DNA of 61,694 nucleotides, the filler included, from Chiloscyllium plagiosum (lineage: Eukaryota): NCBI RefSeq assembly GCF_004010195.1. It is 4 parts of one record of this genome, joined end to end, with 100 filler letters (N's around TTAATTAATTAA, not from the genome) between each part and the next. Parts side by side here need not be neighbours in the genome. Positions count along the whole stretch, not along the records: positions 24,101 to 37,610 come from NC_057711.1; positions 37,711 to 55,283 come from NC_057711.1; 2 more parts are not named here. The stretch is one strand, 5' to 3'. The notes under the pieces were generated by a model that was given only the letters and a program-made list of their open reading frames with translations, did not search any database and had not been told where the DNA came from. Position 1 is the stretch's first letter. The number at the start of each line of letters is the position of its first letter. Below, piece by piece: positions 27,135 through 39,497 of this stretch. The translations under genes were made by a program, and so were the position numbers.

Positions 27135-29366
27135 GCAGCATACCATATCAAAATAAACAGCAAAAGAGCCTACGAATCTGGAACAAACAATTGAGATCCC
27201 TGAAGAACTGTTTCAGAAATTCTTACACATTGAACTATTAGGGGTGAATAATAAGTAAGTTTAAGGAGGAGGCAGATAGAATTTAATTAGTAATGAGTTG
27301 AAGTGTTGAGCAGTCAGGAAAGTGCAGTTGATTCCATGATGAGATCAGCCACAATTTTATCAAATAGCGAAGCAGGCTCAAGGGGCTAAATTGTCTCTTC
27401 CTGCTTCTAGTTCTAATGTTCTCATGTTCCAAGTTCCATTTGTGTCCTATCCCAGGACTTGATTGTTATGGAAGGAGCACAGACAACACAGCCCAACAAG
27501 CTGAGTATCAACCTGAAAATCTTACTAACACACACCAGTAGTAGATGTCAAATGTGAGTGGGGTTCCTGGTTAGCCATGTGAAAGAAAGAATGATGGAGT
27601 CTCTACCATCACCATCCATAGCTTCAAACTACAAGACAATGTAATAAAACATCTGTTGGTACAACAGCTCAAAAGCAATTCAATTCCCTAAGTGAACTGC
27701 GCTACGTCATCGGAACCCACCAAGCAGACTGGGCTACAATTTTCCCTGTGGTGCTGAGCTTATTCTGATATTGTGAATTTGGTTTCCAAATTCCCAAATG
27801 ACAAAGTAATCAATGTCTGAAGACCTGTAACTACATCATTTCAAATTTCTTATGTGACAGAATGCTTTGACCTTTATTCTCATCACTATAAAGTTGAAAA
27901 TCATTAAACAAGTGAAATAAAGATAATGCAAAAACCTACAGAAAAATAGTTAGTGAGAGCATACCTTTTACAATTTTCTTAGAGGAAATCCCAAATGCTT
28001 TGTTAAGAATCTGGTAATCGATATTAATTATTTCTATCACTTTGGTGGATGGGAAGTGGAAGCTATTTGATGAGTTGTTCATTTGTTCAAATACAAGAAA
28101 AAGCTGCTTGTCAGCATCCTCCAATGTGACTGTATAATGGTTATTGTAATTATGAATGATTGACTCATTTTGTCTTATTCCAATGTTGCATATAACTCCA
28201 CATCGACTCAATCAACCAAAGACACAGGATTTTCTAGGAGATACACATTCAGCTTCAAAATGGATGGTAGCATAATTATCATTTCACTGGGCAAGTAACC
28301 CAGTAGCAAAAACAGAAATTCTGAAGAAGGGTCATTGTACCCAAAATGTTCACTTTGATATCTCTCCACAGATGCTGCCAGATCTGTTGAGTTTTCCCAG
28401 CAATTTCCGTCTTTGTTTCTGATTTTCAGCATTGACGTTGTTTCTTTTGTTTTACGAGTCCCTTAGATTGGATTTTGTATATTTTTTGGAACATACAGTG
28501 ATGGGCAGTTTGGATATAAAAGGAAATGCAAATAAAAGGATCTGTGAAAGTGAACACGGATTGTTTTTAAAAGCTCAATAGGGTCTAATATCTTCGTCAG
28601 AAGAAAATCTGTCATCCTTGTGATTTTACCCACGTGAGTCAAACAGAGACAATAACGGAAACAAAATAAATGTCCACGGTCACAGGATTACAGAATGAAA
28701 ATAGGAATGATTGGATTGTTCTACAAAGTGTAAACATGGACTAGATGTGATGAAAGATTTCCCTCGGTGCCATGCGGACTTTATGACTTAAAGGTCAGAA
28801 TTTTCCCTTTCCAGAAAGTAACAAAGAACGAAGCAAGAAGGGCAGATAATCAAATATTTTCTGACTCACGCTCATCCCACAACGTCAGAAGTGAAGGTCT
28901 GAGTGAGAAGGCCAATGGCCAAACCTCCCAAACCACTATCAAGTCAGGTCCTTACATGGCCAATTATAGACCAGTCTACCTGAGTGGTAAACCAGTATGG
29001 GAAGGCTGTCAATTTGGTGGGATGGCAAGTGCACTAGTTTGTGAAACTCAGAAGAATTAGACAGAAGATTGAGGGAGTGGAGTGACTTATGAAATTTCAT
29101 CTCCTGCCTATGTTTCTGACCCACAGCCCTTCTCCCTGCAACTTTAGAGATCCCCCACCCTAAATATCACTTACCTTTCACAGTGCCAATCATCCATCTG
29201 ATAGTGCAGTCAGGGCTGCATCTCGGCAGAAAACTTGGCCTCTGCCATAGCACTGCTGAGTTCTGGAGCTGTTGACCCCTGTCTATCCAGAAGCTCCCAG
29301 CAATCAAGACTTCTGCAGTGGATTTGTAATTCTGGTGGGAAGGTAACCAATAACTGCCTGTCTAAT

Positions 29367-30912
29367 GAGTGCAGGTTCATAGCGTTATGGGCTAAGCCAG
29401 ACCACTCAAAACATTCTTAAGCAGGCAGCCCCAGACCACAGCTTTGTAATTTGATTTGGTAAGTGTACAGTGAAAATTACCCAGAGTAAGATAGCTAGGT
29501 CGATTGCTAGATTTTAAAACAGACAAAAATGTATTCATAGAATTACACAACGAAACAGAAGAACAGAATAAAGAACCCCTACAAAACTTATCCAACTAGA
29601 CTTAATTATGCTGTTCCAAATATAGGCAAAAGTGAGGACTGCAGATGCTGGAGATCATAGCCTAGATTAGAGTGATGCTGGAAAAGCACAGCAGGTCAGG
29701 CAGCATCCAAGGAGCAGGAAAGTCAACATTCCTGATGAAGGGCTTTTGCCCGAAACAGTGATTTTCCTGCTCCTTGGATGATGCCTGACCTGCCGTGCTT
29801 TTCCAGCACCACTCTAATCTGTTCCAAATATACACAACAGTCCCAATAAGCAAACTTCCTTTAAAAACCAGTATAAATGGAACACATGCTTACAGGTTGA
29901 AGTTGAGAGGCAGAAAAGAGAGAGAGTTTCCACACAGCTCCCTGTTGAACTTCTCAGTTCAAGACTGAACTAAAACTGCTCAGCTCAGCTCAAGAGCTGA
30001 CCACTCCCCTTTCATTGTACAGGTCACTTCTAAAACATAACCACTTTGGCCTGAAGTCTCATCTGTTTACATATAAACAAAAGGCCTCTCAAAATCCTTT
30101 TCATCTCTGTACCAAACCAGACTGATCGAGGCCTGCCCAATTTATTGCCCCTCTGAGAAAAGTCAAGTTCAGAGTCTCCTTGAGCCAAGTAACAGTTTTT
30201 AGGAAAAAAAGAGACTAGCTTTATGACAATAGTTCCTTGAAAGTAGAATCTCAGGTGGATAGGATAGTGAAAAACGTGTTTGGTATGCTTTCCTTTATTG
30301 ATCAAAGCATCGAGTATAAGAAATGGGAGGTCATGTTGCGGCTATAAAGGACATTGGTTAGGCCACTTTTGGAATACTACGTGCAATTCTGGTCTCCCTC
30401 CTATCGGAATGATGTTGTGAAACTTCAGAAAAGATTTACAAGAATGTTTCCTGGATTGAATAGTTTGAGCAATGAGGGAGGCCAAATAGTCTGGGGCTGT
30501 TTTCCCTGGAATGTTGGAGGCTGAGGCAGTGACCTTATAAAATCATGGTTTATAAAATCATGAGAGGCATGTATAGGGTAAATAGACAAGGTCTTTTCCC
30601 TGAGGTTGGGGAGTTCAGAATTTAGGGTGTGAGGGGAAAGATTGGAAAGGGACCTCAGGGGTAACTTTGCCATGCAGAAGGTGGTGCATGTATGGAATGA
30701 GCTGCCAAAGGAAGTGGTGGGGCTGGTACAATTACAACATTTAAAAGGCATCTGTATGGATACATGAATAGGAAGAGTTTAGAGGAATATGGGCTAAGTG
30801 CTGACAAATGGGACTGGATTAGTTCAGGATACCTGGTCGGCATGGATGAGTTGGACTGAAGAGTCTGTTTCCATGCTGTACATCTCTATGACTGTATGAC
30901 TCTATGACTCTA
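29367..30912 (+). mobile_element. HER1/CR1 LINE 3' part, interrupted by a solo LTR
   Basis: gtgcaggttcatag|ttccttgaaag is contiguous across the LTR. Contains a RPLLEYYVQFWSP motif and a (ctatga)n tail. Confidence 0.85.
29383..30228 (-). mobile_element. Solo LTR, family A, containing a PLE fold-back insert (about 29624-29818)
   Basis: Colinear with 22440-23072. Perfect TSD ATAG (29379-82 and 30229-32). The inner insert has TSD ctgttccaaatata. Confidence 0.9.
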
Positions 30913-33900
30913 TCCAGCAAGATATGATCAAGGTAGGCCATTGATTTCTCTCCACAAAACTTCTTTTGAGACTTAGCCTGCAAAAAGGGACAACATCGCC
31001 CAATGACTTTAGTCCCATAACAATGTGAATTATTTCTCATGGCATCCGATGTCTTTCAGTTCTGAGGGGCTGAGGAAAGGTGATATGTACCTGCCTTTCA
31101 ATCATGTTCACTTCACGTAAACTAATAATGAAAAAAATGCATGTGCACAAACTCAAATTCATATAAAAAGACAGCGCATAACAATTTTTCATAGCAAGCT
31201 AGAGAGGCAGGACAGAGCTTACACAAGGGGTCTGAAACAGCAGACACTTGAATTAAATGACAATCTCTGATGATCTTGCAGTTACCAATGTATCTGTTAG
31301 TGTTCGCTCTGCTTCACTGTGCTGTCTGGCTCAATAACTTCTCAAAGCTCATTTTATCAAAGATTAATCAGCCCTTGCTGAAAAGTACTGACTCCACAAC
31401 AATGGATTTGATATTAAAGCTTATACTGATCCAGCAAGGTATTAGGTGATGAACATACAAAATCATACACTATTATTATAGTAGTACATTGTCATTAAGG
31501 ATGCTATACTCATAGTTGGCATTTTTCCTCTCTAAAATGTTGATATTACAAGCCAAACAAATTGGGGAGCAAACCTTTTGCCCCACCTCATTGTGTGGCA
31601 TGATATGACATCAATTTAGAAAAGGGACATGCACGATGAAAACCCATGTAAAATAATGCCTCTAATATTGATCCACTGTACGTTAAATGTAAAGACACAG
31701 AAATTCAAAAATATTAGTATGAGAGAATTCTTTATGAATTTCTTCTCTTCTTGGAGACCAATTGCACTATGTTATTATCCTGATGAAGGGCTTTTGTCTG
31801 AAACGTCAATTCTCCTGCTCCTCGGATACTGCCTGACCTGCTGTGCTTTTCCAGCATCACACTCTCAACGCTATTATCCTCTAGTATTCATTATTTCAGC
31901 CATGTCCTAATCACGTTCAAGATGGGAGTACAATTTGATCAAACTCTAAGAAAGAAGGATTTAGAATCCCAGACTTAATCAGTGGGCTACTTGAAGACAA
32001 TCAAAAGGCAATATTAATGAAGTCTTAGATAGAATGTTGTGTCCAGTATTGGATTCCATAGTTTTGTAAGTTGGGAGGATGCAGAATAGATTCACTGAGA
32101 TAATACTATGCATGGAAAGTAGTCATACATGTAGTTATGACAAGAGACCATCACATGTAAAAAGGAAATCACTCACTTTAGGATCAAGAGAAGGTCATTC
32201 AGCTGCAAGAGTCCATTCGGTTAGATCAGATTATGTCTGATTTGTATGTTGCATCCACCTTCTTGCCTTGGTTCTGTATACTTTGGCCAAACAAAGGAAC
32301 GATGAATCTCAGTACAGGATTAGAATATTCAATTTAACCCAATTCTGAATCGGCTCTTGGCGAAGAAATTTTCACAGTCCAGTTGTCCTTTGTAAGAAAC
32401 AGTGTTTCTGACATCATTCCTGAATGACTCAGCTTGGACTTTAAGGTTATGTTCCTTTGTTTTGGAATGAAAAGCTAGTCTCATGACAACCATGCAACCA
32501 TTGGTGATTTACTTGAAAACCATTGGTTTACTAATGCCCTTTCTAGAAGGAAATTTGCCATCCCTATCCAGTTTGGTCTATATGTGACACTGAAGCCACA
32601 GCATGAGGTTGACTCTTAATTTTCCTCTGAGCAATGATGGATGGACAATAAATGCTGTCATAGCGAGGGACACCCACATCCTATGAATTGATAAATATAG
32701 ATTCTGAACTCCCCAACTAAAGGACATAAAATCTCTTTCTCTTACCCTATCAAATACTTTAGTCATACCAAATCTTATTTAGATCAGTCCTGAATTTCCT
32801 ATTTTCAAGAGAATACAAGACAAGTCTATGAAGCCTGTTCTCATAATGTAACACTTTTAACACCAAGTAGCATAGTGGTGAATCTGAATTTCACACGTAC
32901 CAAGTTCAATGCGTCCTCTTAAAATAAAAACAAAATATTCCTAATACGTGAAACCTGAAATCCAAATGAAAAGCGCTAGAAAGTGGTTCTGGCAATGTTC
33001 GAGTGAAATATAACTCCTCTACAGAACAGAGATAGAAACATTTAACATGAAACATTAGTTCTATTTATCTCTCCACAGATTAAGGCCTACTATTTCCAAC
33101 ACTTTCTATTTTTACATCCATCTTGAGATGTGGTACCAAGAATTGAGTTTTATTCTTTCATTGGATGTTAGTGTCACTAGCAAGGCCAGCATTCATTGTC
33201 CATCCTTAATTGCCCGAGGAAATGCAATACTCCAGATGAGGTCTTACCAAGGGTTTGTTCATAACAGAACTTCACCTCTTTGCATCTCAAACAAAGAGCA
33301 ATTTTTAGCTCTACCTTGCACCAGACTCTGGTTCTCCAACATTCATGTGTTTGATGTTCTACTAATGACACTCAGTTTAACAATACCTTGATGTGAAAAT
33401 TCTTATCATTATTTTCAAAGAGAAAATGAATTGGTATCCAGTGCTTTGTCTTAGCTGTACTTTACAATGTCTTCAAATAAAAGAAAACAAATAAACATGA
33501 ATTGTAGCACTCTAAGCATTTAAACTTTATGACAATTCTCACTGGAAATCAGCCAGTGCAATGAACTAAATCTATCCTTTGTAATTGCTTAATGAGAAAT
33601 TTCTGAATTCACAATCTTTGGGCCCTCTGTGTAAACTTTTGCTTGAGTTTGGCAGTTACTATCCTTCTTAAACAGATAATGATATAGGAAGCATACTTTA
33701 TGGACATTTGGTAATTAGCATGAAAAAATCTGCCAACTTCTATATCAAGGCAGACAAATTGGCTTCATATTTTTAAACTGTCAGCTAGCCATGCAGAACT
33801 TATCAATGTATATGTTGCTGATCTTTTCATACATAATTTTACCTTTGTAAAAACGTTTGGGAGGTTTCCTTTACTTTATTTACTTTACTTTTTTAAAAAC

Positions 33901-35070
33901 TGCTTTGATTTAATTCTCTGTGAGCGCAAGGTAAATTTGTCGAAGCACTAACCTCCTAATCCCACGAGGTACATTGTACATCAATCCAACTTTCCACTGT
34001 TGCTAATTGATCCCAGAACTGACATGTAGAAATAAATTGCTTCCAGCAATTTAACTAGGGGGCATAGTCAAAAATTAAAGCCAGGCCATTCAGGAGAAAT
34101 GTTAGAAAGTTCTGCTCCCTGCAAAAAGTAGTTCAGTTTTAGAATTCTCTCCTCAAATGGTGGCTGATACTAATTTAATTGTTAAATTTAAATCTGAGAT
34201 AGACAATCTTTTTTATTAAGTACAGGTATCAAGGGATATAGACCCGAGGTGTTAGGCCATGGATCAGCCATGATCTTATGGAATGGCGGAGCAGGCTGAA
34301 GGAGCTCAATGGCCTACTCCAGCCACAATGTTATTGTGTTCCACCCGTAGGCTTTTAAAACATCCAGTCCTGTTCTGGAATTATCAATACATCTAATTTC
34401 AACAACTGCACAGAAACACGCATTTGTTATAGCACAGAAGGAGGCCAAATAACAATCATGTCTAATCTGGCTCTCTTAATAAACATTTTATATAATTCCA
34501 TTATCCTGCCTTCACCCCATATACTCTTTCTTTTCAGATAACATTCTACCTCCCATCTGGATGCACCAGTTGAGTTTTCCCCATCACACTCTCACACTAA
34601 CCCTAACCCTGATTTCTCGTATTGCTTTTGCTGGTTTTGCAAATGACTTCAAATCTGAGCTCCTCATTCCTAATCCTTTCATAAATGGGAACAGTTTATC
34701 CCTATTTACTCTATTCAGGCCAGTCATGATATTGAATACCTCTATCAAACGTCCTACAAACTTCTCTTCTCCAGCGAAAACAGTTCTAATTTCTCCAATC
34801 TATCTTTGTTACTGAAGTTGCTCATCCTTGAAACCATTCTCATGAGTCTCTTCTGTAAATTCTCTAGCGCCTTCACATCTTTCCTAATGTGTACCACCCA
34901 AATTGGATACAAAAGTACTGGAATGCTTTTTTTTTAATTTTCTGTTCCATTTGATGGTATGATATGCAAGAAAAAGACAAGACATCTTAAGGTAATTAAC
35001 AGCCAGTGATCCTGGATGGCCAAACTTTGTTAGAAAAGCTGTAGTTTACAAAAAAAATGAGAAGTTTTTT

Positions 35071-35360
35071 TTAGATTACTTACAGTGTGGAAACAGGCCC
35101 TTCGGCCCAACAAGTCTACACTGCCCCGCTGAAGCGCAATCCACCCATACATCTACCCCTTACTACGGGCAATTTAGCATGGCCAATTCACCTGACCTGC
35201 ACATCTTTGGACTGTGGGAGGAAATCGGAGCACTCGGAGGAAACCCACACAGACACGGGGAGAATGTGCAAACTCCACACAGTCGCCTGAGGCGGGAATT
35301 GAACCCAGGTCTCTGGCGCTGGGAGGCAGCAGTGCTAACCACTGTGCCACCATTCCGCCC
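35071..35360 (-). mobile_element. HE1 SINE (tRNA-derived, shark V-SINE)
   Basis: A box TGGCACAGTGG, B box GGTTCAATTCC, core gtgtggagtttgcacattctccccgtg, and a HER1-like tail. Confidence 0.9.
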
Positions 35361-35598
35361 ACTAATTGTGAACCTGTATAAAACATTGGTTTAACCTGAA
35401 TTTGAGTGCACCGTACTTTATGAAAACATGATGCGAATGGTTACAGAGATGATGAATTTCAGTCAAGTGACAGATTGAAGAAAGTAGGGCTGTATTTCCT
35501 TGGGAAAGAGATTTCATCAAGGTGTTGAAATGATCTTAATGGATGACATAGGGGAAAAACGGTTCCCTTTATCAGAAGAATCAGCCAACCTCAGAGCT

Positions 35599-37019
35599 AT
35601 GGCCTCAACAGCTGCGCGCAGCCCTGGGCAGGGGGTCCGAAACACAGTCCGGGTGTCTGTCAAGAAGGTGGAGGAGCGTACACCAGTCGATCGGACGGTG
35701 TTCGTCAAGAAGGTGTTGTTCGAGTGCTGTGGATTCGCCGCAGCAGACGTGTACTGCCTGCAGGATTTCCCTGGGGCAGGCTACTTCGATGTCACCTTCA
35801 GGAGCGTGAAGCAATGTGAGCAGCTCCTGAAGGTCTTCAAGGAGAAGGAAGGGGAGCCGCTGTTCTCCATCTTGTCGGCGGTCCCTTTGTGTGTGCTTCC
35901 TGCACAGAGGAGCCGGGTTGTTACAATACACATGTACAACCCCTACGTGCCAGCAACTGATGTCCTGACGTTCCTGGGAAGATATGTGCAGGTCGAGGGT
36001 CAAAGCACTGACGTGGTTGACCCTTTCGGGATCTGGACCAGCAAATGACAGGTCAAGGTAACCCTGAGGGTGGATGCCAGCGGGAATATCCTCCACCCAC
36101 CCTCCAGCTTTGCTATCGGAGGGAGCAGAGGGTACCTGACTTATGCAGGGCAGCCAAAAGTGTGCCGAACCTGTGGGAGGTCAGGCCACATGGCGGCGGA
36201 CTGCAAGGTCACAATCTGTCGCAATTGCAAGAAGGAGGGCCACCCGACCAAAGAGTGCAAGGAGGAAAAGAACTGCAACCTGTGCGGGGAGGCGGGCCAC
36301 GTGTACAGGGCCTGCCCAAGACGAGGGGCCGCCACCTACGCGCAGATGGCCGGAGGCGGGCCACAAAAGGACGGCAAGGCACCGCAAACCGGCAAGGAAA
36401 TGGTGGCAGGAGGCACGCGACAGGAAGGACAGGCCGGAGCAGAGCAGATGACAGCTACCGGAGAGGTACAGCTGCCGAGCGAAGCTCCAACAGGACAGGA
36501 GGAGGAGGCGGAGAAGGGAAAGAAGGAGGTAGAGGAATGGACCATGGTGAAAAACAGGAAGAGGAAAACCCACCCGGTCACCAAGATCTCCCAGAAAAAG
36601 GGGAAAAGGCAGCTGCAGGTGGAAGACACAGACAGCTCTTCGGAGAGTGAGGAAGGCAGAGCGCTGCGAGGAGAAAGGAGAGCAGCAACTGCCAACCAAG
36701 GGACGAGCCTCCTGAGGAAATGGGAAACCACCATCCCCTACCAGGTGAAAGCCAGGAGGGTCCCACCGCCCCACAGCTCCAGGTCACTGGGAGCAGCGAC
36801 CCTCTGACAGCCCCGCTGTCAGATATAGAAACAGACAGCGTGGACCCTGGTCTCGGCCCGATGACACCGGAGTGGGCAAATGGGCCGAGTGAGGAACTGG
36901 ACAGCTACCTCAGCCCAGCGAGCTTCCAGCAGTTTGCGTACTGCACGGGGATGCAGACAGCTACCCCAGAGGGGCAGGACCAGCGACAATCGGACATGGG
37001 TAACCTTACAACCTGTTAA
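35599..37019 (+). pseudogene. Tx1 ORF1, nucleic-acid-binding protein with three CCHC knuckles (ZCCHC3-like)
   Basis: Starts MASTAARSPGQGVRNTVRV. Knuckles CRTCGRSGHMAADC, CRNCKKEGHPTKEC, CNLCGEAGHVYRAC. In-frame TGA at 36046-48 and a probable frameshift near 36700. Confidence 0.85.
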
Positions 37020-37023
37020 CAAA

Positions 37024-37610
37024 ATGGGGTTTAAAATTGCAACTATCAATGTGCGCAGCATAAAATCTGCTGCGCGATGTGTTTCAACACTGGCCTTCCT
37101 GGCCAACGTGAAAGCCGATGTCCTGTTTCTGCAGGAGTGTGGGATACCGCACCTCAGCAGTTACAGGAGATGGTCGAGCTTGTGGGCCCATGGGTCGTCA
37201 GTGTGGTCGGGGGGTAACGATAACCGCTCCTCGGGCCTGGGTATTCTGTTAGGGGGAGGCAACTTCACCATCTCCGAGGTTAAGGAGGTGGTGGGCGGGC
37301 GCCTCCTCGTTGCTGATGTTACATACAGAAACGCTCCCGTGAGACTAATCAACGTGTACACCCAGCGGGTAAGAGTGAACGGTTGGCCGTCCTGCAACAG
37401 CTTCCACTGCTGCTGGCTACGTCCAGGCCGGTCATTCTGGCCGGAGACTTCAACTGTATCATTGATGCAGATGGACGATCCGGCGGGGGGGACAGTAAAC
37501 TGGACGCCACGTCCAGAGCCCTGATGGACACGGTAAAAGATGCCAAGCCGCACGACGTCTTCAGCGCCCCTGCAGACGGAGCGCAGCGTAGATACACCTG
37601 GTCACGGGCA
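37024..37610 (+). pseudogene. Tx1 ORF2 N-terminal APE endonuclease
   Basis: ATINVRSI, FLQEC, INVY, AGDFN and YTWS motifs, with a frameshift near 37360. Confidence 0.9.
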
Positions 37611-37710
37611 NNNNNNNNNNNNNNNNNNNNNNNNNNNNNNNNNNNNNNNNNNNNTTAATTAATTAANNNNNNNNNNNNNNNNNNNNNNNNNNNNNNNNNN
37701 NNNNNNNNNN

Positions 37711-39497
37711 GAGGAATAAGAGAATGATCAGGGAGAAGGTAGGGCCGATCAGGGATAGCAGAGGGAACTTGTGCTTGGAGTCTGAGCAGGTAGGGGAAGC
37801 CCTAAATGAATTTTTTGCTTTGGTTTTCACCAAGGAAAGGGAACTTGTTGTAGATGAAAACTTAGAGGAGCTGGGATACAGTCTTGACCAGATCAAGATT
37901 GATGAAGATGATGTGCTAGAAAATTTGGAAAACATTAAGATTGATAAGTCCCCAGGACCAGACCAGATTTATCCTAGGCTGCTCCGGGAAGTGAGAAAGG
38001 AGGTTGTTAAGCCACTGGTGAGGAACTTTGCCTCCTCACTCTCCACGGGAGTCGTACCGGAGGATTGGAAGGAGCTGAATGTTGTTCCACTTTTCAAGAA
38101 GGATAATAGGGAAATTCCTGGCAATTACAGACCAGTCAGTCTCACATCTGTGGTCAGCAAAGTTGTGGAAAGAATTCTGAGGGAGAGGATTTATGACTAT
38201 TTGGCAAAGCATAGTGTGATTAAAGGCAGTCAGCATGGCTTTGTGAGGGGCAGGTCATGCCTCACAAATCTTATTCAGCTCTTTGAGGAAGTGCCAAGAC
38301 AGGTCGATAATGGTCGAGCAGTGGATATGGTGCATATGGATTTCAGCAAGGCATTTGATAGGGTTCCCTATGGTAGGCTCATTCATAAAGTCAGGAAGTA
38401 TGGGAGACAGGGAGCTTTGGCTCTCTGGATTCAGAATTGGCTGGCTGACAGAAGACAGAATGGTTGTAGTTGGAAAGTATTCTGCCTGGAAGACAGTGTT
38501 GAATGGGGTCCCGCAGGGCTCTGTTCTTGTGCCTCTGTTCTTTATAGTTTTTATAAATGACTTGGATGAGGAGGTTGAGGGGTGGGTTAGTAAATTTGTA
38601 GATGACACAAAGGTTGGAGGTGTTGTTGATAGTATAGAGGGCTACTGCAGGCTGCAGCGCAACATAGACAGGATGCAGAGCTGGGCTGAGAAATGGCACA
38701 TGGAGTTCAACCTGGATAAATGCAAAGTGATGCATTTTGGAAGGTTGAACTCGAATGCTGAATATAGGATTAAATACAGGATTCTTGTCAGTGTGGAGGA
38801 ACAGAGGGATCTGGGTGTGCAAGTACATAGATCCCTCAAAGTTGCCACCCAAGTAGTAGGGTTGTTAAGAAAGCATATGGTGTTTTGGCTTTCATTAACA
38901 AGGGGATTGAGTTTAAGAGCCATGAGGTTTTGCTGCAGGTCTACAAGTCCCTGGTGAGACCACACTTGGAATACTGTGTCCAGTTCTGGTCATCCTATTA
39001 TAGGAAAGATACAGAGGCTTTGGGGAGGGTGCAAAGAAGGTTTACCAGGATGCTGCCTGGACTGGAGGGATTGCCTTCTGAAGAAAGCTTGAATAAGCTC
39101 AGACTTTTCTCTCTGGAGAGAAGGAGGAAAAGAGGAGACCTGATCGAAGTGTACAAAATAATGAGAGGAATAGATAGATAGCCAGAGACCTTTCTCCCAG
39201 GGCAGGATTGACTAGTACAAGAAGTCATAGTTTGAAGATATTAGGAGGAAAGCATAAAGGAGATATCAGAGGTAGGTTCTTTACGCAGAGAGTTGTGAAT
39301 GCATAGAATGCATTGCCAGTTGAGGTGGTGGAAGCGAAGTCATTAGGGACATTTAAGCGACTGCTGAACATGCACATGGATAGCAGTGAGTTGAGGGGTG
39401 CGTAGATTAAGTTACTATATTTTACATTAGGATTAAGTCTCGGCACAACATCGTGGGCCTAAGGGCCTGTTCTGTGCTGTACTCTTCTATGTTCTAT
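37711..39497 (+). mobile_element. Young CR1 LINE ORF2 (RT) to 3' tail
   Basis: KSPGPD, NYRPVSLTS, QHGF, DFSKAFD, GVPQGS, FVDDTK and RPHLEYC motifs with few frameshifts. Tail ttctatgttctat. Confidence 0.95.

Larger units (their letters stand above)
35584..37610 (+). mobile_element. Tx1-clade (L1-like) LINE, 5' portion running into a gap
   Basis: GC-rich block with a gag-like ORF1 directly followed by an APE-endonuclease ORF2. Confidence 0.9.

Noticed and set aside
29383..29384. Two solo LTRs have CG instead of TG at their left (plus-strand) end (29383 and 46154)
   Set aside because: The sister copy at 22440 has TG, and two point substitutions in old elements are not enough to infer a mechanism.
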